In this document: positions 16,533 through 26,033 of the stretch, piece by piece
Layout of the letters: each line of letters begins with the position of its first letter
Numbering within the stretch: the stretch's first letter is position 1
Virus record (IMG/VR): IMGVR_UViG_3300045988_011437
Location: 1-42,095 of that record
DNA from: a virus
DNA length: 42,095 bases
Reading direction: 5' to 3' (one strand)
Program-made: the position numbers and the translations under genes
The notes under the pieces: model-generated
Seen by the model: the letters and a program-made list of their open reading frames with translations, nothing else
What the model was told of the DNA's origin: nothing
Database searches by the model: none

Positions 16533-19500
16533 ATGGGCTGGAAGCAGACATTTCAGAAGAAAATGAAAGCTGCGGGGATGGAAAACGACATCCCCGCAGC
16601 AAGCCGGACAAGCCGCAATGCAGACAGCGGCGGGTGGCAGGATAAGTTCCGCAGCAAAATGGAAGCTGCCGGCATGGGCGGCGATATTATCCGCACCGGC
16701 GGCAGAACGGCAGCGGATGTGGCGCCCAGCACCTATAAGCCGGACACGTCTATGCTGGTTACGCCGGGCGTGCCTGCGGGAAACGCAACAAGTGCGGCGG
16801 GGAAATATAACGTGGGCCAGGGCTTGGCAAAAGCCGGACAAATGGGCCTGACACAGATCGCCAAAGTGGGCAGCTCTGCCGGCGCATGGATAGAGAACCT
16901 GCTGGGTGATTTTGCCCGGGAGGGCTCCAACGGCTACTGGGACCCGGACACCAGCAACTGGCTTTTCAACCGCTGGAACCGGGCTATTGACGCGGAGGCG
17001 CAGGGGGTGCAGCAGCGGTACGCAGAAAACACGGCACGCGGCGGGAAAGCGGCGCAGGTTTTTGAAGACCTGGGTGCGGCGACGGTGGCGGCGGTGCCGC
17101 AAGCCATTGCGGCGCTGTTGACCGGCGGCGCCAGCACGGCGGCACAGGCAGGTGCACTGGCGGAAAACGCGGCGGCTTCCTCCGGGTTGGTCAACACCAT
17201 TTCCCGCAGTATGCGGGCAATGGTGAAAGATCCGAACTTCCAGCTCTCCTTTGCACAGGTATTTGGCCCCGGGTATGAGCAGGCAAAGGCGGACGGCGCG
17301 GACGATTTCCGCGCTTCCGTGTACGCCATCGGCAACGGACTGATGAACGCCGCCGTGGAAGTGGGCGGCGGTATCCAGACGCTGCCACGGGAATTGCAGA
17401 ACGGCGGCAGCGCATGGAAAGCATGGGTGGACACCATGCTGGACGAGGGCAAGGAGGAAGTGGTGCAGGGCGTGATCGAACGCGCCACGCAGAACGCCGT
17501 CTATGGACGGGACAACCCCCTTGTCGGTATCGGCAACGGCGCCATTTTTGACCCGGCGGCAGCGGCGGAGGAATTTGCCGGTGGCGCTGTGGTTGGCGGT
17601 ATCCTGGGCGGCGGGCAGGTGGGCGTGAACACCCTTGCCAACCGTTCGGCATACAACGCGGCCAGAGCGCAGTATGACCGGGACGTGCGGCAGAACACCG
17701 CGCCGGAGATGGACGGCAGGACGGCGGAAGCCGTGGAGGCGGTGACCCGGGGCGAGACGATCACCGGCAACCAGGCGGCAGCCATTGCACGGGACCCGGT
17801 GGCCGTGGAGACACTGGAGGCCAGCACCGGGGTAAAGCTGGACACGGAAAAGCCCATCAGCCAGCTCAAACGTGAAATTATCGCCCTTGCAAGCCGCGAG
17901 ACAGCGCAGGAGCAGACACAGCGCGCCCCGGCTATCCCCCAGACGCAGAAACGCGCACAGAAAGCCGTGGGCGGCTTTATGGAGGCGGGTCAGAGAGCGT
18001 ATCAGCAGGTGCGGGAGACAAGCGGCAGCGGCGCGGAGGTGTACGCAGGCTTTTCCGCCATGTACAACGCGGGATTGAACGGCGTTGAGGCGGAAAAGGC
18101 CAAGGGCAAGTACGCGGCGATGCTGACGCCGGAGCAGCAGTACACGGCGTACAACGCAGGGCTGGAGGACGCCAGGGCGCAGGTGGCACGGGAGAATGCG
18201 GACGTAGCATACGTGACCACCACGGCAGGAGCAGGTTTGGCGGACAATGCCTACAGCCGGTACATCATCGCCAAAGACAAGGGCGCGGCCTCGACGCTGA
18301 ACACTATCGGAAAGAAGCTGGGCGTGCGTATCGAGTTCGTGGACAGCATTATGGATGGGCAGGCCAACGGCCAGTACATCAGGGAGAAAAACCTGATCCA
18401 GATCGCGGCGGACAGCACGAACCCCATCTATGAGGTGGCGGGGCACGAGGTCACCCACCGGATGCAGGACCTATCCCCCGACGAGTACCGGGCGTTCCGG
18501 AAGGCGGCGATAGAGTACCGCATGCGGGAGAACGGCGCGGACACGGAAACGGAGGTCGTGCAGCGGTACATGGAGGCGGCAGAGAGAGCCGGCATAACGC
18601 TGACGCAGGACGAGGTGATGGACGAGATCGCCGCAGACTTTGCGGGGCGGATGATCGAGGACACGGATCTGTTCGCGCGGTTTGCCAAGGACAACCGCAC
18701 GGCGGCGCAGAAGCTGTTGGACGGGCTGAAGGAATTTATTGCCAAAGTCAAGGCTATGTTCACCGGCAAGGCAAGAGACAACGCGGCGATGGATGCCTAC
18801 GGCAAGACCTTCGGAGAGCTGGAGGACATTGCGCAGAAGTGGCAGGCGGCTTTTGACGCGGCGGAGCGGCAGGCGGAGAAAACAAAAACCGCCGCCGGTG
18901 AGGGAAGCGGTGCAAAGTATCAGATCAAGCAGTTCCCCAATGGCATGAAATACGTTCAGGCGGACAGACAAGTGTTATTTGGCAACGACCCCAAGGCGTG
19001 GAGTGAACAGCTGGAAAACTATATCAACGGCAAAATCCGCAATCACGAGGATGTTCGCCTGATTGCCGAGGACGGCGATGTTCTGCTCCTGACAAGTAAA
19101 TCTGCCGGGAAGCTGAGTAGCATTTACGACAACAATGGTCGAACGATGGATGAAAAAGCATTTGAACGTAAAGCAAATGCGGCTGCTCACATCGACGAAC
19201 TCATTAAAGTTTCTGAGCGCGGAGGAAAGACTGTCCTTGACTTTGGCGGGCGTCACGGTGACATGGCAAAAGACGGCTGGAACTATCGAACGGCGTATTT
19301 CATGGATTTTGATGGAAAGTATTATCGAACGCGCATTTCCGTTGCGCTGGGTAAGGATGGGAGCATTGTCTACAATATCGGGGAAATGCAAGAAAGAAGC
19401 ACTCCCCAAATTAACGGCTCTTCCGGAAACTCCGGCGCTCAGCGGGGGAATGCTTCTGCTAATAGTATACCCACCGAGGGCGGAAATGTCAAGCCGAAGT

Positions 19501-22500
19501 TTTCGCTGAAGGCTTACTCGGAGGCGGAGAAAAAAGATCATGTAAAATCCGCAAAGGAATTTTTCGGCAAGACGTACAGCTGGAACGAGACCGGGTACAT
19601 CACCACGGACGGCACAAAGCTGGACTTTTCCGGCAGGCATGATGGCGGTCCCGGCGGCTACCGCACTGTGGACCACCGTGACATCCGCGATGCGCTGGGG
19701 CTTGACTACGGCGGCGAAGATTACAGCGGCGCAATGGTGCAGTTTATGAGCGAGGGCAATATCCGCATCAGCCCGGAAAGCGGCGGCATCAATCTGTCGG
19801 TCATGCCCACAAAGGCGCAGCTGGACACGCTGGCTGACTTTATCAGTAAAAACCGCGGCGAGGTGATACTGGATCTGGACGACACCAACGGAAACACCGT
19901 GTCCAGCACGGAATATCCGAAGGGAACGCACAGCAGCAAGGTCATCAACGACATAAGGGCGTACTTTGAGAACGGAACGGTGCCGCAGGCATCTGAGCTG
20001 AGCCAGTTCCGGTATCAGCTGCGGAGTACGGCGGACATTGAACAGGAGGTGCGGGACCTGAAACGGGAGCGCACGGTACTGTCCAGCCGCAACCGCGCAT
20101 TGGAACAGCGGGTGCAGGAGCTGAAGGGCGAAATGCGTATCAGTAAGGAGCCGTCCGTAGTGCTGCGGGACGTGAAAAAACTGGGGCGCGAGACCATACG
20201 CAAGTACGGCAGCGACGTGAAATACGGAGACATTCAGGCCGACATGGAGGCGCTGGGCAAGGCTGTGATGAAGAAAGACGTGAGCATGGCCGACCTGATG
20301 CCCTACGCCAGAAACGCGGCGACGGCCATCGTGGACAACACGACGGAGCTGACGGAGCACGGCGCGGAGCTGCTGGAGATCAAAGACTACCTGAAGCGGC
20401 AGAAGATCCTTTTCAACGGGGAGATGGACCACTACAACGAGTTCCGCAAGCGGTACATGGGAACGCTGAAGCTGAACAAGTCGGAGGGCTTGCCGGTGGA
20501 CACCATGTACGAGGAAATGACGGAGATGTTCGGCGAGGGCTATTTCCCCAGCGACGTGTATACCGAGGCGGACAAGCTGCAGCAGATCGCGGATGTGCTG
20601 GACAGCATGGACAGCATTTATGAAAACCCCTTTGACAGCTACCGTGACGCAGCCATTCAGGAGATCGCCAACGACATCATTGACGGCATGATCTCTGACC
20701 AGGTGCGGCAGAAGAAGACCTTTGCCGACCGGCGGGAGCTGGAGAAGCAGGAGGCCGTGGGACGGGTGCGTGAAATGCTGACAAAGGAGCGGGAAAAGCG
20801 CCGGGACATGGTGAAGCGGATGCGCCGGGAGTACAGCGAGAAGACCCAGAAGGGCCGGGAGAAGCGGTACGCCGCGGAGATGCGTGCAAAGATCGCCAGA
20901 CACACGGGGCCTTTGTCCGAAAAGCTGCTGCGACCCACGGACAAAAAGCACATTCCGGAGGAGCTGCGCGTGGTGGTGGCCGATCTGCTGCGGAACATCA
21001 ACCTGGAGAGCGCATACAGCTACGACGAGAACGGACGGCTGCGGAAAAACGCCGGCGGCGACCCGACCCGACGGACGCAGGAGGCCGTAAAGCTGAAAAA
21101 GGCATACGAGGACATCATTGCCCGTGAGGCGAACATGGTGGTGGACCCCGATTTGCTTGACAGCGGCGGTCTGCTGGACAGCCTGGCGGCGCTGGGCGGA
21201 AAGCGTATCGCCGACATGAACGTGACGGAGCTGGAGACCGTATGGAATGCGGTGCGGGCCATCGAGGCCACGCTGACCAGCTACGACCGGACGCTGGCGA
21301 ACCAGAAGTACGCACGGACCAGCGAGTGGGCGGACAGCCTTATGATGGGCAGTATGAGCCGGAAGCGGCGGAACCGGAAGATCTCACTGGATATGGCGGA
21401 CCCGTATACGTTCTTCTCCGCCTACGGCGACGGCGGCATGCAGGTATACCGGACGCTGCGGAACGCGCAGGACCGGGAGCATGTGATGCTGACGGAGCTG
21501 CGGGACGCGGCTAAAAAGTTCCTGGATGCGGACGTGTACAAAAACCGCTTTGAACGGCACACGTTCACCACAAGCCGGGGCGTGGAGCTGACGCTGACCA
21601 ACGAGCAGATCATGAACCTGTACAACCTGGCAAAGCGCGGTGAGCAGGCCATGAACCACCTGATGGTGGGCGGCATCGTGCAGCCGGAGATCGAGCGGGA
21701 CGGCAAGCTGAAAGCCATCCCCCGCGGGACGGAGAACATCCTGCTGACGCTGGAGGACGTCAGGGCCATCACCTCCGTGCTGACACCGGAGCAGATCAAG
21801 GTGGCGGACGGATTGCAGAAGCTGGCCAGCACGAAGCTGGCGGAGTGGGGCAACGAGGCCAGCATGGCGGTGTACGGCTACCGCAAGTTCATGGAAACGC
21901 ATTACTGGCCCATCAAGACGGCGAAGGAGGCCACGGCATCCAGCGTGGAGAAGGGACCGGACATCGCCAGAGAGATCAAGAATATGGGCAGCGCAAAGGC
22001 CCTGACGCCAAACGCCAGCAACGCGCTGGACATCGGCGGCGTGTATGACGTGTTCGCGCAGAACGCCAGCGACATGATCAAGTACGCCACGCTGCTGGCC
22101 CCGATGGAGGACATCAACCGGCTGTACAACTACCGGTACCGGGACAGCATGGGCAACCTGACCGGGAAGAACGTGCGGCAGGTGCTGTCCGGCGTGTACG
22201 GCGACGCGGCGCAAAGCTACTGGCGAAACCTGATGCGGGATGTGCAGAACGGCATGGTGAAGAACGCCAGCGCCACCACAAGGGCCGTGGAGCGCATCGT
22301 GGGCAACACAAAAGGCGCCGCGGTGGGGGCGAACCTGCGCGTGGTCATCCAGCAGCCCACGGCGTACTTCCGGGCGGCGGTGGTGCTGGACCCGGAGAAC
22401 ATGGCGAAGGGCCTGGGCAACGGCGTGACCAAAGGCAACGGATGGGACAAGGCACGAAAGTGGGCGCCCATTGCGGGCATCAAGGACACGTCCGGCTTTG

Positions 22501-23642
22501 ACCAGGGCAGCCGGTACACCATCGCACGGGAGGTATACGGCACGGACGGCGGCTTTATGGAGTGGCTGAGCGACAAGAGTATGTCACTGGCCGGGAAAGC
22601 CGATGCGATGACGTGGGGCAAGATCTGGAACGCCTGCGAGTGGCAGGTGGCGGCGGACACGAACCTGGAGGTTGGCAGCGATGCCTACTATCAGCAGGTG
22701 GCGGAGGTGTTTACGGACGTGATCGACCAGACGCAGGTGGTGGACGGCATCATGCAGCGGACGCAGATCATGCGGGACAGCGACGCGCTGACGCGGCAGG
22801 CCACGTCTTTTATGGGTGAGCCGCTGAAAAGCCTGAATATCCTGATGCGGTCCTACGATGCATGGGTGTATGAAACGAACCCGCAGAAGCGCAGCAAGGC
22901 GCTGAAGCAGCTAAAGCGGGCCGTGGGCGCTTTGCTGGTGACGGACGTGGTGAACGCATTGGCACAGTCCATCGTGGACGGCCTGCGGGACGACGACAAG
23001 GATAAGAAGTACTGGGAGCGCGTTCTGGAAGCCTTTACCGGCATTACAGGGGAGGAAAAGAACTTTAGCGAGGCTGTCAAGAACATCACGCTGCAGGGCA
23101 ATGTGAAGGGCAACATCACGCTGGTAGGCCGTATCCCCTACGCCAAAGACATTATCTCCATTCTGCAGGGCTACACCGTAGACCGCATGGATGCCGGAGC
23201 GGTGGACGACATCGTAAGGGCCACCAAGTCCATGATCTCCAGCGCCAACGGACAGGGCAAAAAAACGGCGGCGTACAACGTCAAGCAGTTCCTGACCGTG
23301 GTCAGCAAAATCTTTGGCGTCAGCGTGGCGAACCTGGGACGGGATACCTGGGCCATTGCCAGAAGTATTGCCAGCGAGACCGGAAATGTGCGGCTGATGT
23401 TCGAGATGGAAAAGGCCATCTACCGCATGGACAAGAGCGCCGGGAACCGGAAAACGTGGTGCGAGCTGCTGTACCGGGCGCAGAAAGAAAGGGACACCGA
23501 AACGGCGCGTCTGATCTACAGGGAGATGCTGGCGCACGGCTATGAGGAGGCGGACGTGCGGCAGGGCGTGGAGGCCATTATGAAGCAGGAGCAGGGCGTA
23601 AACTCTGTGAAAGAACTGAGAAACCGGTGGATGGCACCGTAA
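16533..23642 (+). CDS. Giant 2369-aa virion-associated multidomain protein with HExxH zincin motif (polyvalent / ejected-protein candidate)
   Basis: Uninterrupted 7.1-kb ORF with a GGAGGG RBS. HEVTH lies at 18444..18458 in the context PIYEVAGHEVTHRMQD. A lower-GC segment at about 19000..19560 encodes a compact basic domain. Long coiled-coil stretches are present. No tape-measure gene occurs elsewhere in the genome. Confidence 0.8.
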   Translation: MGWKQTFQKKMKAAGMENDIPAASRTSRNADSGGWQDKFRSKMEAAGMGGDIIRTGGRTAADVAPSTYKPDTSMLVTPGVPAGNATSAAGKYNVGQGLAKAGQMGLTQIAKVGSSAGAWIENLLGDFAREGSNGYWDPDTSNWLFNRWNRAIDAEAQGVQQRYAENTARGGKAAQVFEDLGAATVAAVPQAIAALLTGGASTAAQAGALAENAAASSGLVNTISRSMRAMVKDPNFQLSFAQVFGPGYEQAKADGADDFRASVYAIGNGLMNAAVEVGGGIQTLPRELQNGGSAWKAWVDTMLDEGKEEVVQGVIERATQNAVYGRDNPLVGIGNGAIFDPAAAAEEFAGGAVVGGILGGGQVGVNTLANRSAYNAARAQYDRDVRQNTAPEMDGRTAEAVEAVTRGETITGNQAAAIARDPVAVETLEASTGVKLDTEKPISQLKREIIALASRETAQEQTQRAPAIPQTQKRAQKAVGGFMEAGQRAYQQVRETSGSGAEVYAGFSAMYNAGLNGVEAEKAKGKYAAMLTPEQQYTAYNAGLEDARAQVARENADVAYVTTTAGAGLADNAYSRYIIAKDKGAASTLNTIGKKLGVRIEFVDSIMDGQANGQYIREKNLIQIAADSTNPIYEVAGHEVTHRMQDLSPDEYRAFRKAAIEYRMRENGADTETEVVQRYMEAAERAGITLTQDEVMDEIAADFAGRMIEDTDLFARFAKDNRTAAQKLLDGLKEFIAKVKAMFTGKARDNAAMDAYGKTFGELEDIAQKWQAAFDAAERQAEKTKTAAGEGSGAKYQIKQFPNGMKYVQADRQVLFGNDPKAWSEQLENYINGKIRNHEDVRLIAEDGDVLLLTSKSAGKLSSIYDNNGRTMDEKAFERKANAAAHIDELIKVSERGGKTVLDFGGRHGDMAKDGWNYRTAYFMDFDGKYYRTRISVALGKDGSIVYNIGEMQERSTPQINGSSGNSGAQRGNASANSIPTEGGNVKPKFSLKAYSEAEKKDHVKSAKEFFGKTYSWNETGYITTDGTKLDFSGRHDGGPGGYRTVDHRDIRDALGLDYGGEDYSGAMVQFMSEGNIRISPESGGINLSVMPTKAQLDTLADFISKNRGEVILDLDDTNGNTVSSTEYPKGTHSSKVINDIRAYFENGTVPQASELSQFRYQLRSTADIEQEVRDLKRERTVLSSRNRALEQRVQELKGEMRISKEPSVVLRDVKKLGRETIRKYGSDVKYGDIQADMEALGKAVMKKDVSMADLMPYARNAATAIVDNTTELTEHGAELLEIKDYLKRQKILFNGEMDHYNEFRKRYMGTLKLNKSEGLPVDTMYEEMTEMFGEGYFPSDVYTEADKLQQIADVLDSMDSIYENPFDSYRDAAIQEIANDIIDGMISDQVRQKKTFADRRELEKQEAVGRVREMLTKEREKRRDMVKRMRREYSEKTQKGREKRYAAEMRAKIARHTGPLSEKLLRPTDKKHIPEELRVVVADLLRNINLESAYSYDENGRLRKNAGGDPTRRTQEAVKLKKAYEDIIAREANMVVDPDLLDSGGLLDSLAALGGKRIADMNVTELETVWNAVRAIEATLTSYDRTLANQKYARTSEWADSLMMGSMSRKRRNRKISLDMADPYTFFSAYGDGGMQVYRTLRNAQDREHVMLTELRDAAKKFLDADVYKNRFERHTFTTSRGVELTLTNEQIMNLYNLAKRGEQAMNHLMVGGIVQPEIERDGKLKAIPRGTENILLTLEDVRAITSVLTPEQIKVADGLQKLASTKLAEWGNEASMAVYGYRKFMETHYWPIKTAKEATASSVEKGPDIAREIKNMGSAKALTPNASNALDIGGVYDVFAQNASDMIKYATLLAPMEDINRLYNYRYRDSMGNLTGKNVRQVLSGVYGDAAQSYWRNLMRDVQNGMVKNASATTRAVERIVGNTKGAAVGANLRVVIQQPTAYFRAAVVLDPENMAKGLGNGVTKGNGWDKARKWAPIAGIKDTSGFDQGSRYTIAREVYGTDGGFMEWLSDKSMSLAGKADAMTWGKIWNACEWQVAADTNLEVGSDAYYQQVAEVFTDVIDQTQVVDGIMQRTQIMRDSDALTRQATSFMGEPLKSLNILMRSYDAWVYETNPQKRSKALKQLKRAVGALLVTDVVNALAQSIVDGLRDDDKDKKYWERVLEAFTGITGEEKNFSEAVKNITLQGNVKGNITLVGRIPYAKDIISILQGYTVDRMDAGAVDDIVRATKSMISSANGQGKKTAAYNVKQFLTVVSKIFGVSVANLGRDTWAIARSIASETGNVRLMFEMEKAIYRMDKSAGNRKTWCELLYRAQKERDTETARLIYREMLAHGYEEADVRQGVEAIMKQEQGVNSVKELRNRWMAP

Positions 23643-23729
23643 AACAAAGAAAGGAGCAACGGGCGATAGGCGCAACCATCCTATGGCACCATCCCGCCGC
23701 AAGGCGGTCCGCAGGCCTGCGTAAGCAGG

Positions 23730-23981
23730 ATGAACCAGCAGCACAGGGAAATCCGCGCCATGCTGAAGGGCATGGCACCCAAAAGGGCTATCGCATGGAT
23801 CCAATCTTTTGAGTTACCACAAGAGGAAGCCCAGTGTATCGCGGAGTGCGATGTGCGGCGTCGCAGCTGCGTGGAGCAGGCATTTTGCATGAACGTGTCT
23901 GTGGACGTGGTAAAACGATGCCGGCGAAGGGCATACCGGAAAATTGCAGACGGGCTGAACGCAGAAAAAAGCCACACCTGA
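23730..23981 (+). CDS. Small sigma-70 region-4-like HTH protein (candidate late-gene regulator)
   Basis: 83 aa. LPQEEAQCIAECDVRRRSCVEQAFCMNVSVDVVKRCRRRAYRKIADGL fits the region-4 HTH pattern (L..e...i.......s..eiA..l.vS..tVk....rA..Kl). Confidence 0.55.
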   Translation: MNQQHREIRAMLKGMAPKRAIAWIQSFELPQEEAQCIAECDVRRRSCVEQAFCMNVSVDVVKRCRRRAYRKIADGLNAEKSHT

Positions 23982-23997
23982 AAAGGTGTGGCTTTTT
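23966..23997 (+). terminator. Strong intrinsic terminator ending the late operon
   Basis: AAAAAGCCACACC TGAAAA GGTGTGGCTTTTT. The stop codon of the preceding gene sits in the loop. Confidence 0.85.
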
Positions 23998-24099
23998 ATT
24001 TGCCGCCGAAAGGGGGACGGCGGCGTGTGTTGGGGGGGATAGCCTGATTATACGGCGAAATAAGTAAAAACGCAATAGAGACGCGCTGATTTTTAACGC

Positions 24100-24132
24100 G
24101 CACTTATCAGCCACTTTATCGCCACTTTGAAA
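24100..24132 (+). repeat. Three helically phased CACTT(T) direct repeats upstream of the cargo block
   Basis: gCACTTATCAG CCACTTTATCG CCACTTTGAAA, with 11-bp spacing. CCACTT is also the half-site of the palindrome in the duplicated late cassette. Confidence 0.4.
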
Positions 24133-24175
24133 TGGGCATATCCCTGTATGCTTACAGTAAAGAGAGGTGGTCGTG

Positions 24176-24559
24176 ATGTTTGTGCGCTATAACCCAAACC
24201 CGGCGGGTAAAAACGTGGGGGATTGCCCGGTTAGGGCCATCTGCAAGGCCACGGGGCAGGGATGGCATGAGACGTATGTGCAGCTGTGTATGCAGGGGCT
24301 GGCTTTGGCGGATATGCCCAGTGCCAACAATGTATGGGGCGCGTATCTGAAAAAACTGGGATTTAGGCGGCATATTATCCCGGAGGATTACCCGGACAGC
24401 TATTCCGTGGGTGACTTCGCAAGGGAACACCCGCGTGGTACATATCTTCTGGCGCTGGCGTCCCACGTGGTGTGCGTGATAGACGGAGACTGGCATGACA
24501 CGTGGGACTCCGGGGCCGAAACACCTTTGTACTTTTGGGAAAGGACGGATGAGGAATGA
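24176..24559 (+). CDS. Hypothetical protein with Cys...His...Asp pattern (possible papain-like fold)
   Basis: ATG 24176 follows GAGAGGTGG. YNPNPAGKNVGDCPVRAI ... ASHVVCVIDGDWHDTWDSG. The ordered conserved-looking C, H and D residues are the only functional hint. Confidence 0.55.
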   Translation: MFVRYNPNPAGKNVGDCPVRAICKATGQGWHETYVQLCMQGLALADMPSANNVWGAYLKKLGFRRHIIPEDYPDSYSVGDFAREHPRGTYLLALASHVVCVIDGDWHDTWDSGAETPLYFWERTDEE

Positions 24560-24978
24560 ACTATCCCTATTACGGAAACCCCTATATGCCGCCGATGCCG
24601 GACAACCTCGGCCAGCTCAGGCAGCAGCAGATGATGCCCCAGCAGATGCCGCAGATGCAGAACCCTATACCGCAGAGCGGCGTGCAGTGGGTATCGGGCG
24701 AACAGGAAGCCAGGAGCTGGATGGTGGCACCCAACGCGGCGGTGGCCCTTTGGGACAGCACGGCGCCCACGGTGTACCTGAAGCAGGCCGATGCCAGCGG
24801 CAAGCCGACGCTGAAGGTATACGACCTTGTGGAGCGGCTTGCAAACGCGCCTGAAGCAAAAAAGGACCCAGGGGCGGAATATGTGACCCGGGCGGAGCTG
24901 GACAAGCTGGCGGCCATTGTGGCCGAAATGAAGGCCAAGAAGAAGCGCAAGGTGGAGGAGGAAGAGGACGATGAGTAA
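24556..24978 (+). CDS. Hypothetical protein, P/Q/M-rich N-terminus, acidic/basic tail
   Basis: ATGA overlap with the previous gene. 140 aa. Confidence 0.55.
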   Translation: MNYPYYGNPYMPPMPDNLGQLRQQQMMPQQMPQMQNPIPQSGVQWVSGEQEARSWMVAPNAAVALWDSTAPTVYLKQADASGKPTLKVYDLVERLANAPEAKKDPGAEYVTRAELDKLAAIVAEMKAKKKRKVEEEEDDE

Positions 24979-25180
24979 TCCGTTTTATCAAGCGATGGGC
25001 GGGAACGTGAACCCGCTGGGGAATTTTGGACAGCTGGTGCAGAAGTTCCAGCAGTTCAAAACGAGCTTTCAGGGCGACCCGAAAGCAGAGGTAGAGAAGA
25101 TGCTGCAGAGCGGCGCACTGACGCAGGAGCAGCTGAACCGGGCACAGGCGATGGCGCGGCAATTCCAAAACCTTTTGTGA
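24971..25180 (+). CDS. Small Q-rich helical protein
   Basis: 8-nt overlap with the previous gene. 69 aa. Confidence 0.5.
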   Translation: MSNPFYQAMGGNVNPLGNFGQLVQKFQQFKTSFQGDPKAEVEKMLQSGALTQEQLNRAQAMARQFQNLL

Positions 25181-25237
25181 TCAATATCGTGGCCACGATT
25201 TGATGAAATACATCTTTATCCGAAAGGAGTGACGACA

Positions 25238-25918
25238 ATGGCAATTACTGACGGCGGTCCCACCATGACAATGCCTGTGGCCCCTACCGGCATGATGGGC
25301 GGCGGCTTCGGCGGCGAAAACGGATGGTGGGTCATCCTGTTTATCATCCTGCTGTTCGGCTGGGGTCGTAACGGCTACGGCAACAACAACGGCGGTGTGG
25401 TGGACGGTTATGTGCTGACCTCCGATTTCGCCAGCGTTGAGCGCAAGCTGGACGCGGTGAATAACGGCATCTGCGACTCCACGTTTGCCCTGAACAACGC
25501 TATCAATGGAGGCTTTGCTACGGCAGAGCTGTCCCGCGCAAACCAGCAGGCGGCGCTGATGCAGCAGCTCAACGCCATGCAGATGCAGTCTCAGGAGTGC
25601 TGCTGCGAGAACCGGGCGGCTATCGCCCAGGTGCGGTACGACATGGCGACGCAGGCCTGCGACACACGCAACACCGTGCAGACGGCGGCCCGGGACATCG
25701 TGGAGAACGCGAACGCCAATTCCCGTGCGATTTTGGACTTCCTGACGCAGAGCAAGCTGCAGGATCTTCAGAGCGCCAATCAGGAGCTGCGCCTGCAGGC
25801 TTCTCAGGCTGCGCAGAACAACTACCTGATTTCCCAGCTGCGCCCCACGCCCATTCCCAGTTACCCGTCCTGCAACCCGTGGGCAAGCGGCAGTTATACC
25901 GGCTGCTGCGGCTGCTGA
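25238..25918 (+). CDS. Membrane protein with Gly-rich N-terminus, one TM segment, Q/N-rich coiled region and Cys clusters (CCC, C-terminal CCGC)
   Basis: AAAGGAG RBS lies 8 nt before ATG 25238; the ORF track starts at GTG 25229. TM segment WWVILFIILLFGW. Confidence 0.55.
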   Translation: MAITDGGPTMTMPVAPTGMMGGGFGGENGWWVILFIILLFGWGRNGYGNNNGGVVDGYVLTSDFASVERKLDAVNNGICDSTFALNNAINGGFATAELSRANQQAALMQQLNAMQMQSQECCCENRAAIAQVRYDMATQACDTRNTVQTAARDIVENANANSRAILDFLTQSKLQDLQSANQELRLQASQAAQNNYLISQLRPTPIPSYPSCNPWASGSYTGCCGC

Positions 25919-25985
25919 CAACTGCATAGCACCAGCTGTTCGGAATTTCCGAACTGTTCAGCCCCATGCTGATACTGACACCAAC

Positions 25986-26017
25986 GCGGCGGGGCAATAG
26001 CTCCGCCGCTGTATTTT
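25986..26017 (+). terminator. Internal hairpin plus T-rich tail inside the cargo block (attenuator?)
   Basis: GCGGCGGGG CAATAG CTCCGCCGC (one G-T pair), then TGTATTTT. Confidence 0.4.
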
Positions 26018-26033
26018 GAAAGGAGTGATTATT

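Noticed and set aside
19300-19330. MDFDGK in the giant protein as a possible two-barrel RNA polymerase DFDGD-like catalytic motif (virion RNAP, as in N4 or crAss-like phages).
   Set aside because: Only a partial match (DFDGK) is present, with no surrounding NADFDGD context and no second barrel motif. The local sequence looks like a small basic nuclease or toxin-like domain instead.
25938-25954. GTTCGGA-ATT-TCCGAAC hairpin after the Cys-rich cargo gene, as a terminator.
   Set aside because: The stem is only 7 bp and no T-tract follows. The downstream GC hairpin at 25986..26017 is the better, though still weak, candidate.
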